Source of the DNA: an uncultured Actinomycetota bacterium
GTDB taxonomy: Bacteria; Actinomycetota; Actinomycetes; Propionibacteriales; Nocardioidaceae
Length of the DNA: 64,000 bases
Reading direction: 5' to 3'
Assembly: GCA_963757695.1 (NCBI GenBank)
Contig: CAVWTJ010000002.1
Span: 409,461-473,460 of the forward strand
The translations under genes were made by a program, and so were the position numbers. Below, piece by piece: positions 21,224 to 31,211 of the stretch; position 1 is the first letter of the stretch, and every line of letters begins with the position of its first letter. The notes beneath the pieces were generated by a model. That model made no database searches. It saw nothing but the letters and a program-made list of their open reading frames with translations, and was not told where the DNA came from.

Positions 21224-22152
21224 TCACCGGGTGGGGCGGCTGAGCTCGGCCTGGATCTCGGCCAGCTGCTGCAGCCGCTGCTCGAGCGAGGGGTGCGTGG
21301 ACGACAGGGTCTTGAGCGACACGCCGCTGATCGCCGGGGCGATGCACAGCGCGCTGGCCGCACCGACCTGGCGCAGGTCACGCTGCGGGATGGTGTTCAT
21401 CTCGCCGGTGATCTTCTGCAGCGCCGAGGCGAGCGCGGCCGGCTTCATCGTCAGGTAGGCACCGGCCCGGTCGGCGGACAGCTCGCGGTAGCGCGAGAGC
21501 AGCCGCAGCAGCACGAAGCTGACGGCGTACACGACGAGGCTGACGACCAGCACCAGCAGCCACACCGGCGGGCCGTCGTTGTCGCGGCGGCGTCCGCCGC
21601 CGAAGAACATGCCGTACTGCGCTCCCTGGGTGAGCATGCCGGCCGCGATGCCGGCCGAGGAGGCCACGGTCATCACCAGGACGTCGCGGTGGGCGACGTG
21701 GGACAGCTCGTGGGCGAGGACCGCCCTCGAGCTCCTCCGCGGTGAGGGTGGCGAGGATGCCGGTCGTCACACACACGACGGCCCGGTCGGGCGAGCGCCC
21801 GGTGGCGAACGCGTTGGGCACCGAGGTGTCGGCGATGCCGACGCGCGGCTTGGGCATGTCGGCGAGGGCGCACAGCCGGTCGATCATCGCGTGCAGCTCG
21901 GGCGCCTCCTGCTGGGATCACCTCGCGGGCGCGCATGGCCTTCATCGCGACCTTGTCGGAGGAGTACCACTGGTAGACCGCGACGCCGATGCCGACCAGC
22001 CCGATGAGCACCGCGATGCCGGGACCGCCGCTGCTGGCGAAGATCGCCATCAGCGCGCCGATCAGCGCGACGAAGACGGCGCCGAGCAGGAACATGACCA
22101 GGGTCATCCGGGCGGTCAGGCCGGCGTCACCGATGAATCGAGAGCGTGCCAT
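21224..22152 (-). CDS. htpX: Zinc metalloprotease HtpX (M48), frameshifted
   Basis: [22 protein letters not shown] (near 21697-21714), [22 protein letters not shown]. Confidence 0.92.
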
Positions 22153-22229
22153 GCACCCAGTCTGCCGCGGTGCGCCAAGCAGGCACTGTGCCGGCCCTGT
22201 CCCGGGCCTGTGTGCCGTGCGGCACCGGG

Positions 22230-22508
22230 TCAGCCCGGGATCAGCCCGTCGTCGCCGAGCATGTCGCGGACCTCGTCGAGGGAGGCGTCCGGTGGCGGCA
22301 GGATCAGGTCGGACTCGTCGAGCGAGTCGACGTCGTGGGCGACGCCTGCGGTCCGTACGCCGTCCAGCAGCGCGGCCAGCGCGGTCGCGAAGGCGGTCTC
22401 GTCGCCGGCACCGATCGCGGCCTCGACGGCTGCGTCGAGCTCGTTGAGCCGGTCGAGCGCGGCGTCGGAGACGTCGTACTGCCCCTCGGTGAGGATGCGC
22501 ACGATCAT
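22230..22508 (-). CDS. pspAA: PspA-associated protein PspAA
   Basis: MIVRILTEGQYDV...LNELD...SDLILPPPDASLDEV...DGLIPG. Confidence 0.82.
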   Translation of the reverse strand: MIVRILTEGQYDVSDAALDRLNELDAAVEAAIGAGDETAFATALAALLDGVRTAGVAHDVDSLDESDLILPPPDASLDEVRDMLGDDGLIPG

Positions 22509-23303
22509 GCCGGGCGCTCGCCCTCCGTGCGGGGCTCCTCGACGATCGACTCGCCGTCGGCCTGCGGACCCTGACCGCTCTCCAGGCGCGCCCGGGGTGC
22601 CCGGCGCCGAGAGGCCCTTGAGCCGCATGAGCTCGAGCTCGACGTCGGACTGCGAGCTCATCGCGGCGAGCTCGCGGGAGATGTCGTCGCCGTTGTTGGT
22701 GGTGCAGGCGTCGTCGAGCACGCCGGAGGCGATCAGCTCGTCGATGGCGCCGGCCCGGGCCTGCATCTGGGCGGTCTTGTCCTCGGCCCGCTGGACCGCC
22801 ATGCCGACGTCACCCATCTCCTCGCCGATGCCGGACATCGCCTCGTTGATGCGGGTCGTGGCCTCGGCGGCGGTGTAGGTCGCCTTGATGGTCTCCTTGC
22901 GGGTGCGGAACGCCTCGACCTTGGCCTGGAGACGCTGCTGGGCCAGGGTGAGCTTCTCCTCCTCGCCCTGGAGCTGGGCGTGCTGCGCCTTGAGGTCGTC
23001 GATCTGGACCGACACCGCCGACTTGCGGGTCAGCGCCTCACGGGCGAGGTCCTCGCGGTCCATCTGCAGCGCCTTCTCGGCCTGGCCCTGCAGCTTGGCG
23101 GACTGCTGCTCGAGCTGGGCGACCTGGAGCTCGATGCGCTTGCGGCTGGTCGCCACGTCGGCGACCCCGCGGCGTACCTTGGTGAGCAGCTCGATCTGGC
23201 GCTGGTAGCTGTAGTCCAGCGTCTCGCGGGGATCCTCGGCGCGGTCCAGCGCCTTGTTGGCCTTGGCGCGGAAGATCAGGCTCATCCGCTTCATGATGCT
23301 CAT
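22505..23303 (-). CDS. pspA: PspA/IM30 family protein
   Basis: FRAKANKALDRAEDPRETLDYSY; long coiled coil; QARAGAIDELIASG; stop probably in ATGA overlap with pspAA. Confidence 0.92.
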
Positions 23304-23434
23304 CGGGAACTTCCTTCTGATGACGGGCTGATGGCGGGCTACGCGAACCCTGTCACCCTATGCCGCCGCGGCAACCGCCGCACCGGTCGACCGGTAGGAT
23401 GAGGTCCTCCGTCGCCCCGGCCAGAAAGCAGCCC

Positions 23435-24011
23435 GTGTTCCGTCGCAACAAGTCCGAGTCATCCACGTCGTCGACCGATGGGTCCGCGCTCGGCGCACCT
23501 GTCGGCTCCGTCCCTGGGCAAGGGCCGCCCGACGCCCACGCGCAAGGAGGCCGAGGCCGCCGCGCGGGCTCGCGCCAAGGTGCCGCGCACCCGCAAGGAG
23601 CAGGCGGCCCAGCAGCGCGCGCAGCGCGGCGAGTCGAGCGCCAAGGTCCGCGCGGAGATGAAGGCGGGCAACGAGAAGTACCTGCTGCCCCGCGACAAGG
23701 GCCCGGTGCGCCGCTTCATCCGCGACTTCGTCGACAGCCGGTTCTCCTTCGCCGAGATCATCATCCCGCTGATGATCCTGTCGCTCCTGCCGGGCCTGCA
23801 GTTCCTGGTGCTGCCGATCTTCCTGGTGCTCGCGGTCGACCTGGTCACGCTGCGCCTCAAGCTGCGCAAGCAGCTCGCGCTGCGGTTCCCGGACGAGCCC
23901 ACCAAGGGCACGACCTGGTACGCCGTCACCCGCACCATGCAGCTGAAGTTCATGCGGCTGCCCAAGCCCAAGGTCAAGATCGGCCAGGCGCTCCCCACGA
24001 CGTACCGCTGA
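23435..24011 (+). CDS. DUF3043 membrane protein, frameshifted
   Basis: GKGRPTPTRKEAEAA; YLLPRDKGPVRRFIRDFVDSR; RLPKPKVKIG. Confidence 0.85.
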
Positions 24012-24205
24012 GCGGGGCTGGCGCCGACCGACGGCCCACCACCACCGCTCGGACCGGCCGTGGCGCGTCAGACCTGGCGCTTCCGCACCCATGGCACGCA
24101 CTCGGGCGTGCCGGCGCTCAGCAGCACCCGGTATGACGTCGCGCCGGCGCCTTGCGCTGCACGCACCTCGAGCACGCCAAGCAATCACACGTCCGACCCA
24201 GACCA

Positions 24206-25216
24206 CTAGCTGAACATCTCCGAGCGCCGCGGCGACTGGGTCTTGGCGGGGTCGCGCTCGACGATGTCCCCGAGGGCCTCGTCGATCGCGGTGAGCGCCG
24301 ACTCGTCCAGCGTCACCCCGGCCGCCTTCACGTTGTCGGTGACCTGCTCGGGCCGCGAGGCGCCGATGATCGCCGACGACACGTTCGGGTTGGCCAGCGT
24401 CCAGGCCACGGCCAGCTGGGCCATGCTCAGCCCGGCCTCCTCGGCGATCGGCTTGAGCAGCTGCACGCGGGTCAGCACGTCGTCCTTGAGCCAGCGCGAG
24501 ATCATCTGGTCGCCACCCTTCTCGTCGGTGGCGCGCGAGCCCGCCGGAGGTGCCTCGCCCGGCAGGTACTTGCCGGTCAGCACGCCCTGCGCGATCGGCG
24601 ACCAGACGACCTGGCCGAGCCCGAGCTCCTCGCAGGTGGGGACCACCTCGGCCTCGATGACGCGCCACAGCATGTTGTACTGCGGCTGGTTGGAGACCAG
24701 CGGCACCCGCAGCTCGCGGGCCAGCGCGTGCGCGGCGCGGATCTCCTCGGCGCGCCACTCCGAGACCCCGATGTAGAGCGCCTTGCCGGCGCGGACGACG
24801 TCGGCGAATGCCTCCATCGTCTCCTCCAGCGGTGTCTCGTGGTCGTAGCGGTGGGCCTGGTACAGGTCGACGTAGTCGGTGCCGAGGCGCTGCAGCGAGC
24901 CGTCGATCGACTCCATGATGTGCTTGCGGGAGAGCCCGTGGTCGTTGTGCTTGCCGGGGCCGGTCGGCCAGAAGACCTTCGTGAAGATCTCCAGGCCGGC
25001 CCGACGCTCGCCGGCCAGGGCCTTGCCGAGCACGGTCTCGGCCGCGGTGTTGGCATAGACGTCGGCCGTGTCGAAGGTGGTGATCCCCTCGTCGAGGGCC
25101 TGGCGCACACAGGCGAGCGCCGCGTCCTCCTCGACCTGGGATCCGTGGGTGAGCCAGTTGCCGTACGAGATGGCCGAGATCTTCAGGCCGCTCGCGCCGA
25201 GGTTGCGAATTTCCAT
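24206..25216 (-). CDS. Aldo/keto reductase (Kv-beta-like)
   Basis: RNLGASGLKISAISYGNW, FDTADVY, DYVDLYQAHRYD, YIGVSEW, WSPIAQGVLTGKY. Confidence 0.93.
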   Translation of the reverse strand: MEIRNLGASGLKISAISYGNWLTHGSQVEEDAALACVRQALDEGITTFDTADVYANTAAETVLGKALAGERRAGLEIFTKVFWPTGPGKHNDHGLSRKHIMESIDGSLQRLGTDYVDLYQAHRYDHETPLEETMEAFADVVRAGKALYIGVSEWRAEEIRAAHALARELRVPLVSNQPQYNMLWRVIEAEVVPTCEELGLGQVVWSPIAQGVLTGKYLPGEAPPAGSRATDEKGGDQMISRWLKDDVLTRVQLLKPIAEEAGLSMAQLAVAWTLANPNVSSAIIGASRPEQVTDNVKAAGVTLDESALTAIDEALGDIVERDPAKTQSPRRSEMFS

Positions 25217-25222
25217 ACCTCC

Positions 25223-25234
25223 GACACTAGTGTC
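25223..25234. promoter_or_regulatory. Palindromic bidirectional -10 element (GACACTAGTGTC)
   Basis: TAGTGT on both strands, each 7 nt from the divergent ATGs at 25216 and 25241. Confidence 0.65.
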
Positions 25235-25240
25235 CCTGGC

Positions 25241-25805
25241 ATGAGCGACGTCAGAGGTGGGACCGGGCCGACCGCCGACGTGTCCGTGCGTGTGGCCTGG
25301 GCCGACGACGCTGCGGCCATCGCCGACGTCCAGGTGCGTGCCTGGCGCGAGCAGTACGCCGACGTGCTGCCCGCCGACGCCCTGCCGGACGACACCGCCG
25401 TGGTCGCCGAGGCGTGGCGGAGCTCGATGACCCGTCCGGCCGACGCCCGCAACCGGGTGCTGGTCGCGCTGGAGCGCAACCGAGTCGTCGGCTTCGCGGT
25501 CACGTCGCCGGCCGCCGACCCCGACTGCGACCCGCTCGCCGACGGCGAGCTCGCGGACCTGACCGTCGTACCCGGCGAGCTCGGCAAGGGCCACGGGTCC
25601 CGGCTCCTGCAGGCCGCGGCCGACACCCTGGTGGCCGACCGGTTCACACCGTGCCGTCACGTGGGCCATCGCCACCGACGACGCGCGCCGGGGGTTCCTC
25701 ACCAGTGCCGGCTGGGGGGTCGACTCCGCCCACCGCGAGCTGGACCTGGACGGCACCGGCACCACCCGCGTCAAGCAGGTCCGGCTCCACACCGCCCTCG
25801 TCTGA
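25241..25805 (+). CDS. GNAT-family acetyltransferase, frameshifted
   Basis: VRVAWADDAAAIADVQVRAWRE; VVPGELGKGHGSRLL. Confidence 0.82.
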
Positions 25806-25818
25806 CCTCGTCGCCCCG

Positions 25819-26507
25819 GTGAAGCGCCACGAGCGGGCGATCGTCCGCGACAGCCTCGCAGTCGGCGTCGCCACCGGCACGTACGGCGTGTCGTTCGGCG
25901 CGGTCGGCGTCTCCTCCGGCCTCGACGTGCTGCAGACGTGCGCCCTGTCGCTCCTCGTCTTCACCGGCGCGTCCCAGTTCGCGATGGTGGGCGTGCTCGC
26001 GGCCGGCGGGTCGCCGTTCGCTGCCGCGCTCACGGCGCTGCTCCTCGGCACCCGCAACACCCTCTACGGGCTGCGGCTGGCGCCGCTGCTGGCCTTCCGC
26101 GGCTGGCGCCGGCTCGGTGCCGCGCACCTGGTCATCGACGAGTCCACCGCGATGTCGGTGACCCGGGGCTCCCCCGCCGACGCCCGGCTCGGGTTCCTCA
26201 CGACCGGGGGCTCGATCTTCGTGCTCTGGAACGTCGCCACGCTGCGTCGGCGCCCTCGCCGGGACCGCCATCGGCGACCCGCGCGACTACGGCCTCGACG
26301 CCGCGGTCGGCGCGGCGTTCCTGGCCCTGCTGTGGCCGCGCCTGGACCGCCCGCTGCACCGGGTGGTGGCCGCGCTCGCGGCGGCGGTCGCGCTGGGCGC
26401 CGTACCCGATCACGGCGGCAGGGGTGCCGGTCCTCGCGGCCGCCGGGGTCGCGGTCGTGGCCGGCGCGCTCACCGCACGCCGAGGCGCCGTCGGGGAGGC
26501 GTCATGA
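25819..26507 (+). CDS. AzlC-family branched-chain amino acid exporter permease, frameshifted
   Basis: YGVSFGA, SLLVFTGASQFA, RNTLYG, IDESTA. Confidence 0.88.
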
Positions 26508-26807
26508 CCTGGGCGGCCGTGATCGCGGCCGGCGTCGGCTGCTACCTGCTCAAGCTCGCCGGCCTGGCGGTGCCGGGCCGGGTGCTGGACGACCCGGTCG
26601 TGGCGCGGGTGGCCGACCTGATCCCGGTCGCGCTGCTCGCCGCGCTGGTCGCGGTGCAGGTCCTGGCCGACTCCGACGGCCACCTGGTGCTGGACGCCCG
26701 CGTGGTGGCTCTCGGCCGCGGCGGTCGTGCTCCTGGTGCTGCGGGCGCCGTTCCTGGTGGTCGTCTTCGGCGCGGCCCTGGTAGCGGCCCTCGTCCGGCT
26801 CGTCTGA
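26504..26807 (+). CDS. AzlD-family protein, frameshifted
   Basis: CYLLKLAG, PVALLAALVAVQ, LDARV; coupled to azlC. Confidence 0.85.
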
Positions 26808-26887
26808 GCCGACGTCGGCCCGGACGCAGTCGACCCCGGCGGACTCGTGGAGCCCGCCGGGGTCGGCGTACGGGTGGGACGAATGGA

Positions 26888-28972
26888 TCAGGCCGGCTGG
26901 ACCACACCCAGGACCGCCATCACGTCGGCCGGTGACTGGGCCGCCTCGAGCCGGGCGACCTGCTCGGAGTCCACGAACACCTCGGCGATGCGGCGCAGGA
27001 GAGCCAGGTGGTCGTCACCGATCGCCGCGATGCCGACGACGAACTTCACCGGCTTGCCCTTCCACTCGATCCCCTCGGGGTAGCGCACGAACGAGATCGC
27101 CGAACGCTTGATGGAGGACTTCGCCTCGTTGGTGCCGTGCGGGATCGCCAGCAGGTTGCCCATGTAGGTCGACACCGACGTCTCCCGGGCGTGCATCGCC
27201 TCGACGTACGACTCGTCCACCGCACCCGCGGCGACCAGGAGCTGACCGGCCCGGGTGATCGCGTCGTCGCGGCCCTCCGCGCCGGCGTCGAGGACGATCG
27301 ACTCCGGGTCGAGCAGCGAGCCCGGTGAGACACTCGGCTCGGACTCGGCGGCGGCTCCCGCACCGCTGCCCGCACCGTTGGTCTGCTCCAGCAGGTCGAC
27401 GATCTCGTCGTAGCGCGGGCTGCCCATGAAGTTCTCCACCGACACGTGGATCGCCGAGGCGCTGCGCTGCCGGGCGCGCTCGGTCAGGTCCTGGTGGGTG
27501 ACGACGAGGTCGACGTCGTCGGTCAGGTTGGAGATCGCCTTGTTGACGACCGTGACGTCGTTGAACCCGGCGGCGTGGACCTTCTTGCGCAGGACGGAGG
27601 CCCCCATCGCCGAGGACCCCATGCCGGCGTCGCAGGCGAACACGATCGAGCGGATCGGGCCGCGGGCCCGGTCGCCGGCCGCGGAGCCCAGGAGCGCGCC
27701 GGAGACCGACGACGCCTTGCCCTTGTGGGCCTCCATGGCCGAGGTGGCGGCCCCCAGGTCACCGTCCTCGCCCCGGTCGATCTTGAGCAGGAAGGAGGCG
27801 ACCAGGAAGCTCACACCGGCGGCGACGATGACCGAGAGCGGTCACGCCGAACAGGCTCCCGGGAGGGGCCGCCGTCCAGACGGCGATGATCGAGCCGGGC
27901 GAGGCCGGCGAGCGCAGGCCGGAGCCGAAGGCGACGTTGGTGGCCACGCCGGACATGCCGCCGAGGATCACCGCGAGGACCAGCTTGGGCTTCATCAGCA
28001 CGTACGGGAAGTAGATCTCGTGGATGCCGCCGATGAACTGGATGAGGATCGCGCCCGGGGCCGAGGCCTTGGCCCCGCCCTTGCCGAAGAACATGAAGGC
28101 GAGGAGCAGGCCCAGGCCGGGGCCGGGGTTGGCCTCGAGGAGGAACAGGATCGACTTGCCGGCGTCGGCCGCCTCGTTGGTGCCGAGCGGGGTCAGGATG
28201 CCCTGGTTGATCGCGTTGTTGAGGAAGAGGATCTTCGCCGGCTCGATGAAGATCGAGGTCAGCGGCAGCAGGTTGTTGTCGACCAGCGTGTCGACGACGT
28301 TCGAGGCGAGCTTGCTGAAGGCCTCGACGAACGGCCCGGCGATGACGAAACCGAGCACGGCCAGGATTCCGCCGCCGATGCCGGCGGAGAAGTTGTTGAC
28401 CAGCATCTCGAAGCCGGGGCGGATCTTGTGCGACCACAGGGCGTCGAGGCGACGGATCGTCCAGCCACCGAGCGGGCCCATCACCATGGCGCCCAGGAAC
28501 ATCGGCACCAGGCGCCGGCGATGGCACCCATCGTGGCGATGGCACCGACCACCCCGCCGCGGACCTCGTTGTCCTTGTACATCATCTTGCCGCCGGTGTA
28601 GCCGATCAGCAGCGGGAGGAGGTAGGTGATCATCGGCCCGACGATCCCGCCGTAGTTGCTGCACGCCTGGGCGCCGTCGGCGAGCGTGGTCATGACGCCG
28701 TCCGATCCCATCACCTGGTTCGTGCAGGTGTCCGCGTTGACGGTCCAGCCGCCGAGTCTGGACACGAAGCCGTACCCGTGCTCGTCGGGACTGAACCCGA
28801 ACTTGTCGCCGATCAGGGTGATCCAGCCGGACTTGATGAAGAGCGCGGTGATCAGGCCCCACGCGATGAAGGCGCCGATGTTCGGCAGGACCATGTTGGA
28901 CAAGAACGTGCCGAACCTCTGCACGTGGAGGCGCGCGCCCCCGGTGGAGGCCGAATGTGTGGTGGTTGCCAT
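26888..28972 (-). CDS. mtlA: PTS mannitol-family EIICBA, frameshifted
   Basis: [67 protein letters not shown]; [16 protein letters not shown]; [18 protein letters not shown]. Confidence 0.93.
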
Positions 28973-29047
28973 GACACCTTCCTTGTTGTCCCGCCCGGCG
29001 GACACCGGATCGACGGGTTGCATCGCGACACCGAGGAGTGATCGACA

Positions 29048-29061
29048 TCACAGATCTGTGA
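29048..29061. promoter_or_regulatory. Candidate operator palindrome TCACAGATCTGTGA
   Basis: Perfect 14-bp palindrome in AT-richer divergent intergenic region; degenerate copy CCACAGATATGG at 29127-29138. Confidence 0.55.
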
Positions 29062-29319
29062 AAGCCTTTGTATAACGCTATGCAACGTCCCGTCAAGGAT
29101 TAAATCCCACACGAACGGGCTTATTGCCACAGATATGGGTTATCCTCGGCAGACGAGGACCTGTGATGGCTCTCACACGGCGGTACCGTCGACACGGCGT
29201 CGCCGACCTACGGTCGACCAGGTCGAGGCCATCTCGGACCGGTCGGCTCCGGTCGGCTTCCCGAGTCACGCCGACGCCTCGCCAATCGCTCGCCAACAAC
29301 GACGTGGAGGACACGACGA

Positions 29320-31053
29320 ATGAACGCCTACGACCGGTACCGCGCTGCCGAGCTCGACGTGCCGGAAGCAGTCTGGGGCTGGAACGTGTACGGCGCGGGC
29401 GAGGAGAACATGGGCAAGGACGATCAACCCGAGCTGTTCCCCGTCCCCGAACCCGGCGCCGACCAGATGCTGGTCCGCATCGACAGTGTGGGGCTCTGCT
29501 TCTCCGACGTGAAGATCCTCCGCGCGGGCGGCAGCCACCCGAAGCTCTACAACCGCGACCTCTCCAAGGAGCCCACCCGACTGGGCCACGAGGTCAGCCT
29601 CACGGTCATCGAGGTCGGAGAAGACCTGAAGGACAGGTATCACGCCGGCCAGAGGCTCGCTGTGCAACCCGACATCTATCAGGACGGCAAGAGCACGGCC
29701 TACGGCTACACCGTTCCCGGCGGACTGATCCAGTACCACCTGATGGGCTCGGAGATGCTCGACACCGACGATGGTGCCTGCCTGCTGCCCCTCCCTGACA
29801 CGATGGGCTATGCCGAGGCCTCCACGCTGGAGCCGTGGGGCTGTGTGATGGCGGCGTACACCCAACGTCGCCGCCTGGAACCCAGGACCGGCGGGATCAT
29901 GTGGATCACCGGCCGGCCCGGAGATGAGCGGGACTACCTCTTCTCCTCCGGCCTGGACGCCCCGGACACCATCGTGATGACCGACGTGCCCGCCTCGGTG
30001 GAGAGGCTGGTGGAGCACACCTCGGCCACGACGATCGTGCGCAACGGCGTCGGCACCGACGACTATCAAGCACTGGTGGACGAGCTGACTGACGGCGCCG
30101 GCTTCGACGACATCGTCATGCTCGATCCGCGTTCCGCGGCGACGGTGGGTGCCGTGGCCAAGCACATCGCCCGGCGCGGGACCCTCAACCTGGTGGGCGA
30201 GACCGCTCTGGACGGCTTGGTGGACACCGACGTGGGCCGTCTGCACTACGACTACACCGCCTACCTCGGCGGAAGGGGACCGGACATCGCCGCCTCCTAC
30301 GGGGAGGCGCGCAACCGCTGCGACCTGCGTTCGAAGGGCACCACCGTCTTCGTGGGCGCCGGCGGCCCCATGGGGTTGATGCATCTCCAGAGGGCCATCC
30401 AACAGCCCGACGGACCCAGCACGATCATTGCCACGGAGGTGAGCGACGAGCGACTGACGAGCCTCGAGGACCGGCTGGCCCACCTGGCGGAGAGCAACGA
30501 CTGCGAGCTGCTGACCTTCAACTCCCAGACCGCGGAGCAGTCCCTCCACGACTTCGTCATGGGGATCACCGACGACCAGGGAGCCGACGATGTCGTGGTC
30601 AGTGTCCCCATCTCCCCGGTGATGGCCGAGGCCGACACCCTGATGAGTCCCGACGGCATGCTGGTCTTCTTCGCCGGTGTCCCCAACGGCACCCTGGCGC
30701 CGTTGAACCTGAGCGCGGTCTACCTGGACAACGCCCAGTACACCGGGACCTCGGGACTGACGATCCACGACCAGCAGCAGGTGGTGGACCTGGCCAACCG
30801 GGGCGATCTCTCTCCGGGATCCATCGTGGGCGCCGTCGGTGGCATGCGGGCGGCCAAGGACGGGCTCCAGGCCCTGGTCGACGGCAGCTACTCCGGGAAG
30901 GTCCTGATCTTCCCCCAGATCCACGACCTCCCCCTGATGGGGCTCAGCGAGCTGAAGGAGAAGCTGCCCGACGTCGCCGCCAAGCTGTCACCCGGCGACA
31001 CGTGGAACGACGAGGCTGAGAGGGCGCTCTTCGACAGTCAGCTGGGCAGTTGA
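29320..31053 (+). CDS. Zinc-dependent MDR dehydrogenase, SorE/YggP-like, 577 aa with duplicated Rossmann-like domain
   Basis: GLCFSDVKI, LGHE, LAVQPDIY, GYTVPGGLIQY, EPWGCV, VGAGGPMG, GTSG; no structural-Zn Cys cluster. Confidence 0.8.
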   Translation: MNAYDRYRAAELDVPEAVWGWNVYGAGEENMGKDDQPELFPVPEPGADQMLVRIDSVGLCFSDVKILRAGGSHPKLYNRDLSKEPTRLGHEVSLTVIEVGEDLKDRYHAGQRLAVQPDIYQDGKSTAYGYTVPGGLIQYHLMGSEMLDTDDGACLLPLPDTMGYAEASTLEPWGCVMAAYTQRRRLEPRTGGIMWITGRPGDERDYLFSSGLDAPDTIVMTDVPASVERLVEHTSATTIVRNGVGTDDYQALVDELTDGAGFDDIVMLDPRSAATVGAVAKHIARRGTLNLVGETALDGLVDTDVGRLHYDYTAYLGGRGPDIAASYGEARNRCDLRSKGTTVFVGAGGPMGLMHLQRAIQQPDGPSTIIATEVSDERLTSLEDRLAHLAESNDCELLTFNSQTAEQSLHDFVMGITDDQGADDVVVSVPISPVMAEADTLMSPDGMLVFFAGVPNGTLAPLNLSAVYLDNAQYTGTSGLTIHDQQQVVDLANRGDLSPGSIVGAVGGMRAAKDGLQALVDGSYSGKVLIFPQIHDLPLMGLSELKEKLPDVAAKLSPGDTWNDEAERALFDSQLGS

Positions 31054-31156
31054 TGGCGGCCCACCAGTCGCGGTCGGCCACCTGATCCCGCACGTCACCG
31101 AGGGACACGCCACGGTCGAGCCCTGATCGACGCCCGTCCCACGCGCAGCGACGCAG

Positions 31157-31196
31157 AAGGGGGCCCCTGCCGGTTCCGTCCGGCACGGGCCCCCTT
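31157..31196. terminator. Hairpin terminator between convergent genes
   Basis: AAGGGGGCCCCTGCCGG pairs with CCGGCACGGGCCCCCTT. Confidence 0.75.
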
Positions 31197-31211
31197 GTCC
31201 GTGGGTCGGCG

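Noticed and set aside
22230-23303. PspA-PspAA fusion (357 aa ORF)
   Set aside because: An ATGA stop/start overlap exists at 22505-22508; one indel in the pspA tail would explain the fusion.
24012-24205. Possible sRNA in the gap between DUF3043 and the aldo/keto reductase
   Set aside because: No convincing stem, repeat or promoter seen.
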